Assembly: GCA_964545235.1 (NCBI GenBank)
Contig: CAZJEZ010000003.1
Location: 1 to 29,568, forward strand
Origin: an uncultured Gammaproteobacteria bacterium
GTDB taxonomy: Bacteria > Patescibacteriota > Patescibacteriia > 2-12-FULL-60-25
Length of the DNA: 29,568 nucleotides
Reading direction: 5' to 3'
Part shown: positions 28,061 to 29,568 of the stretch, in pieces
How the letters are laid out: the number at the start of each line of letters is the position of its first letter
Position numbering within the stretch: position 1 is the stretch's first letter
Program-made: the position numbers and the translations under genes
The notes under the pieces: model-generated
Seen by the model: only the letters and a program-made list of their open reading frames with translations
Told to the model about the DNA's origin: nothing
The model's database searches: none

Positions 28061-29287
28061 TTATTCAACACGAAGCGCATCTATTGGATTGAGAGCGGCC
28101 GCACGCCGTGCCGGAAAGTAGCCGAATACCAACCCAATGGCCGTAGACACGCCAAATCCGAGAAATGCTCCACGAAGAGAAAACGCGTACGTCCATCCGC
28201 TTTGGAACTGACTGATGATAGTGATGGCGATCCAGGACAACAAAAATCCAAGAGCAATGCCAAATACACCTCCAAAGCCGGTGAGCACGATCGCCTCGGC
28301 AAGGAATTGACCAAGGACATCTCGACGGCGTGCACCGATTGCTTTTCGCAACCCAATTTCTTTAATGCGCTCTGTCACCGTGACATACATAATGTTCATG
28401 ATCCCAATACCTCCGACAAGAAGCGAAATACTCGCAATAGCGACCAGGAGCGTTTGCAAGATCATGGTAACGGTCGCCGCATTCTTCACAGCATCTTCCT
28501 GCGTCGACACATTAAAATCGTCCTTTTCAAGATCGCCGTTTACATTATCAATATTGTGATACTCACGAAACGTGGTCTGAAGCCGGTCCTTGGCACGCGC
28601 AAGCGGCAGCGTCGTGCGGACCATTAAATACGAAAGGTATTTTTTATTGTACAAATCGAGTGCTGCTGTCACCGGTATATAGACCTGTTTATCCACATTT
28701 TGGAAACCTTTTGTCCCAACCGCTTCCATAACCCCAACCACACGAAAATTCGTTGTACCAAGCTTCACCGTTTTTCCAACAGGCGTGTTTTCACCAAACG
28801 CATTCTTCGCAACTTCGTGACCAAGAACAATCACTCGTTCACGTGCATCGACAGCTGCGCGTGAAAAGAATTCCCCCGCAGCCGTTCGTAATCCGTACAA
28901 TACCGCTTCATCAGGTGTTGTGCCGGCCACGCTCACATTCGTTTCGGAGCCATCCGCACTCACACGATCCTGCACCTGCAAACGCGCCACAACATCCGTC
29001 ACCCATACTTCATTCTGCAAACGACGTGCATCACGAATCGTCAATGTCTGTTTAATAAATAACGTCGGCTGACCTTCTTCCACCTTTGGTCCATTCGTCA
29101 CGAACAGAATATCACTGCCAAATGAAGAGATCTGTGCCAGAATGTATCGCTGCGCCCCCTCTCCAATCGATAACATCAAAATCACCGACGCGATACCGAT
29201 AACGATACCAAGCATCGTGAGCCCTGAACGCGCCTTTGTACGCGTAAGACTCTGAAAGGAAGACTGGATGAGGTCAGAAAATGTCAT
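28061..29287 (-). CDS. ABC transporter permease, MacB/FtsX family (copy 1)
   Basis: RSGLTMLGIVIGI, GIGIMNIMYVTVTERIKEIGLRKAIGA, FPARRAAALNPIDALRVE. Confidence 0.95.
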   Translation of the reverse strand: MTFSDLIQSSFQSLTRTKARSGLTMLGIVIGIASVILMLSIGEGAQRYILAQISSFGSDILFVTNGPKVEEGQPTLFIKQTLTIRDARRLQNEVWVTDVVARLQVQDRVSADGSETNVSVAGTTPDEAVLYGLRTAAGEFFSRAAVDARERVIVLGHEVAKNAFGENTPVGKTVKLGTTNFRVVGVMEAVGTKGFQNVDKQVYIPVTAALDLYNKKYLSYLMVRTTLPLARAKDRLQTTFREYHNIDNVNGDLEKDDFNVSTQEDAVKNAATVTMILQTLLVAIASISLLVGGIGIMNIMYVTVTERIKEIGLRKAIGARRRDVLGQFLAEAIVLTGFGGVFGIALGFLLSWIAITIISQFQSGWTYAFSLRGAFLGFGVSTAIGLVFGYFPARRAAALNPIDALRVE

Positions 29288-29288
29288 G

Positions 29289-29568
29289 TTATTTTTTGAG
29301 GACATCCCCATCAGCCATACGACGGTTCATATTCATCACATCGGATTCGATAAGGCCGTCACGAATGCGCAGAACGCGTTCCGCGTGTTCAGATGTGTAG
29401 GTTTCATGGGTCACGAGAATGATCGTATGGCCTTGTTTCACGTTAAGATCTTGCAACAACTTCATAACCTGCGCCCCTGACTTCGAATCAAGATTTCCCG
29501 TCGGTTCATCAGCAAAAATAACGGAGGGCTTACGAATCAACGCACGAGCAATGGCAACGCGCTGTTGC
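29289..29568 (-). CDS. ABC transporter ATP-binding protein, MacB/LolD family (3' part; continues past the window edge)
   Basis: [28 protein letters not shown] (Walker B and D-loop), IILVTHE. Confidence 0.95.
   Translation of the reverse strand, partial: QQRVAIARALIRKPSVIFADEPTGNLDSKSGAQVMKLLQDLNVKQGHTIILVTHETYTSEHAERVLRIRDGLIESDVMNMNRRMADGDVLKK

Noticed and set aside
27262-28627. Plus-strand ORFs antisense to the permeases, and short DNA repeats shared by 27100-27175 and 28337-28410
   Set aside because: The ORFs are shadows. The repeats encode the conserved GIMNIMYVTVTER/EIGLRKAIGA motif of the two paralogues and are not an array or mobile element.

Overview
This is a ~50% GC, genetic-code-11 chromosomal segment that reads as Patescibacteria/CPR (Parcubacteria/ABY1-like; the taxonomy is inferred from gene content and compact packing). 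Almost all genes are on the minus strand. It holds a complete HrcA heat-shock regulon: hrcA-grpE-hsp20-dnaK-DUF3467-HAD-dnaJ plus groES-groEL, each with its own CIRCE operator. It also holds two ECF sigma factor / DUF5667-type membrane partner pairs, dnaX, cysS, a stand-alone VirD4/TraD-like ATPase, a MacB-type ABC transporter with two permeases, envelope genes, and a plus-strand block of methyltransferase, gmk-like kinase and truD. The most unusual items are: (1) an orphan gene of about 70% GC between truD and groEL, bounded by two terminators, with its own promoter, Shine-Dalgarno site and structured UTRs; (2) ECF-type promoter motifs attached to both ECF loci, one of them inside the sigma gene itself; (3) repeated TATACT boxes 7-8 nt upstream of start codons, suggesting leaderless mRNAs; (4) a proteobacterial-looking FixJ-type fragment fused to the left end, probably a chimeric junction. 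I saw no rRNA, tRNA, CRISPR array, transposase or integrase. All assignments come from motif recognition by eye, with no database searches.
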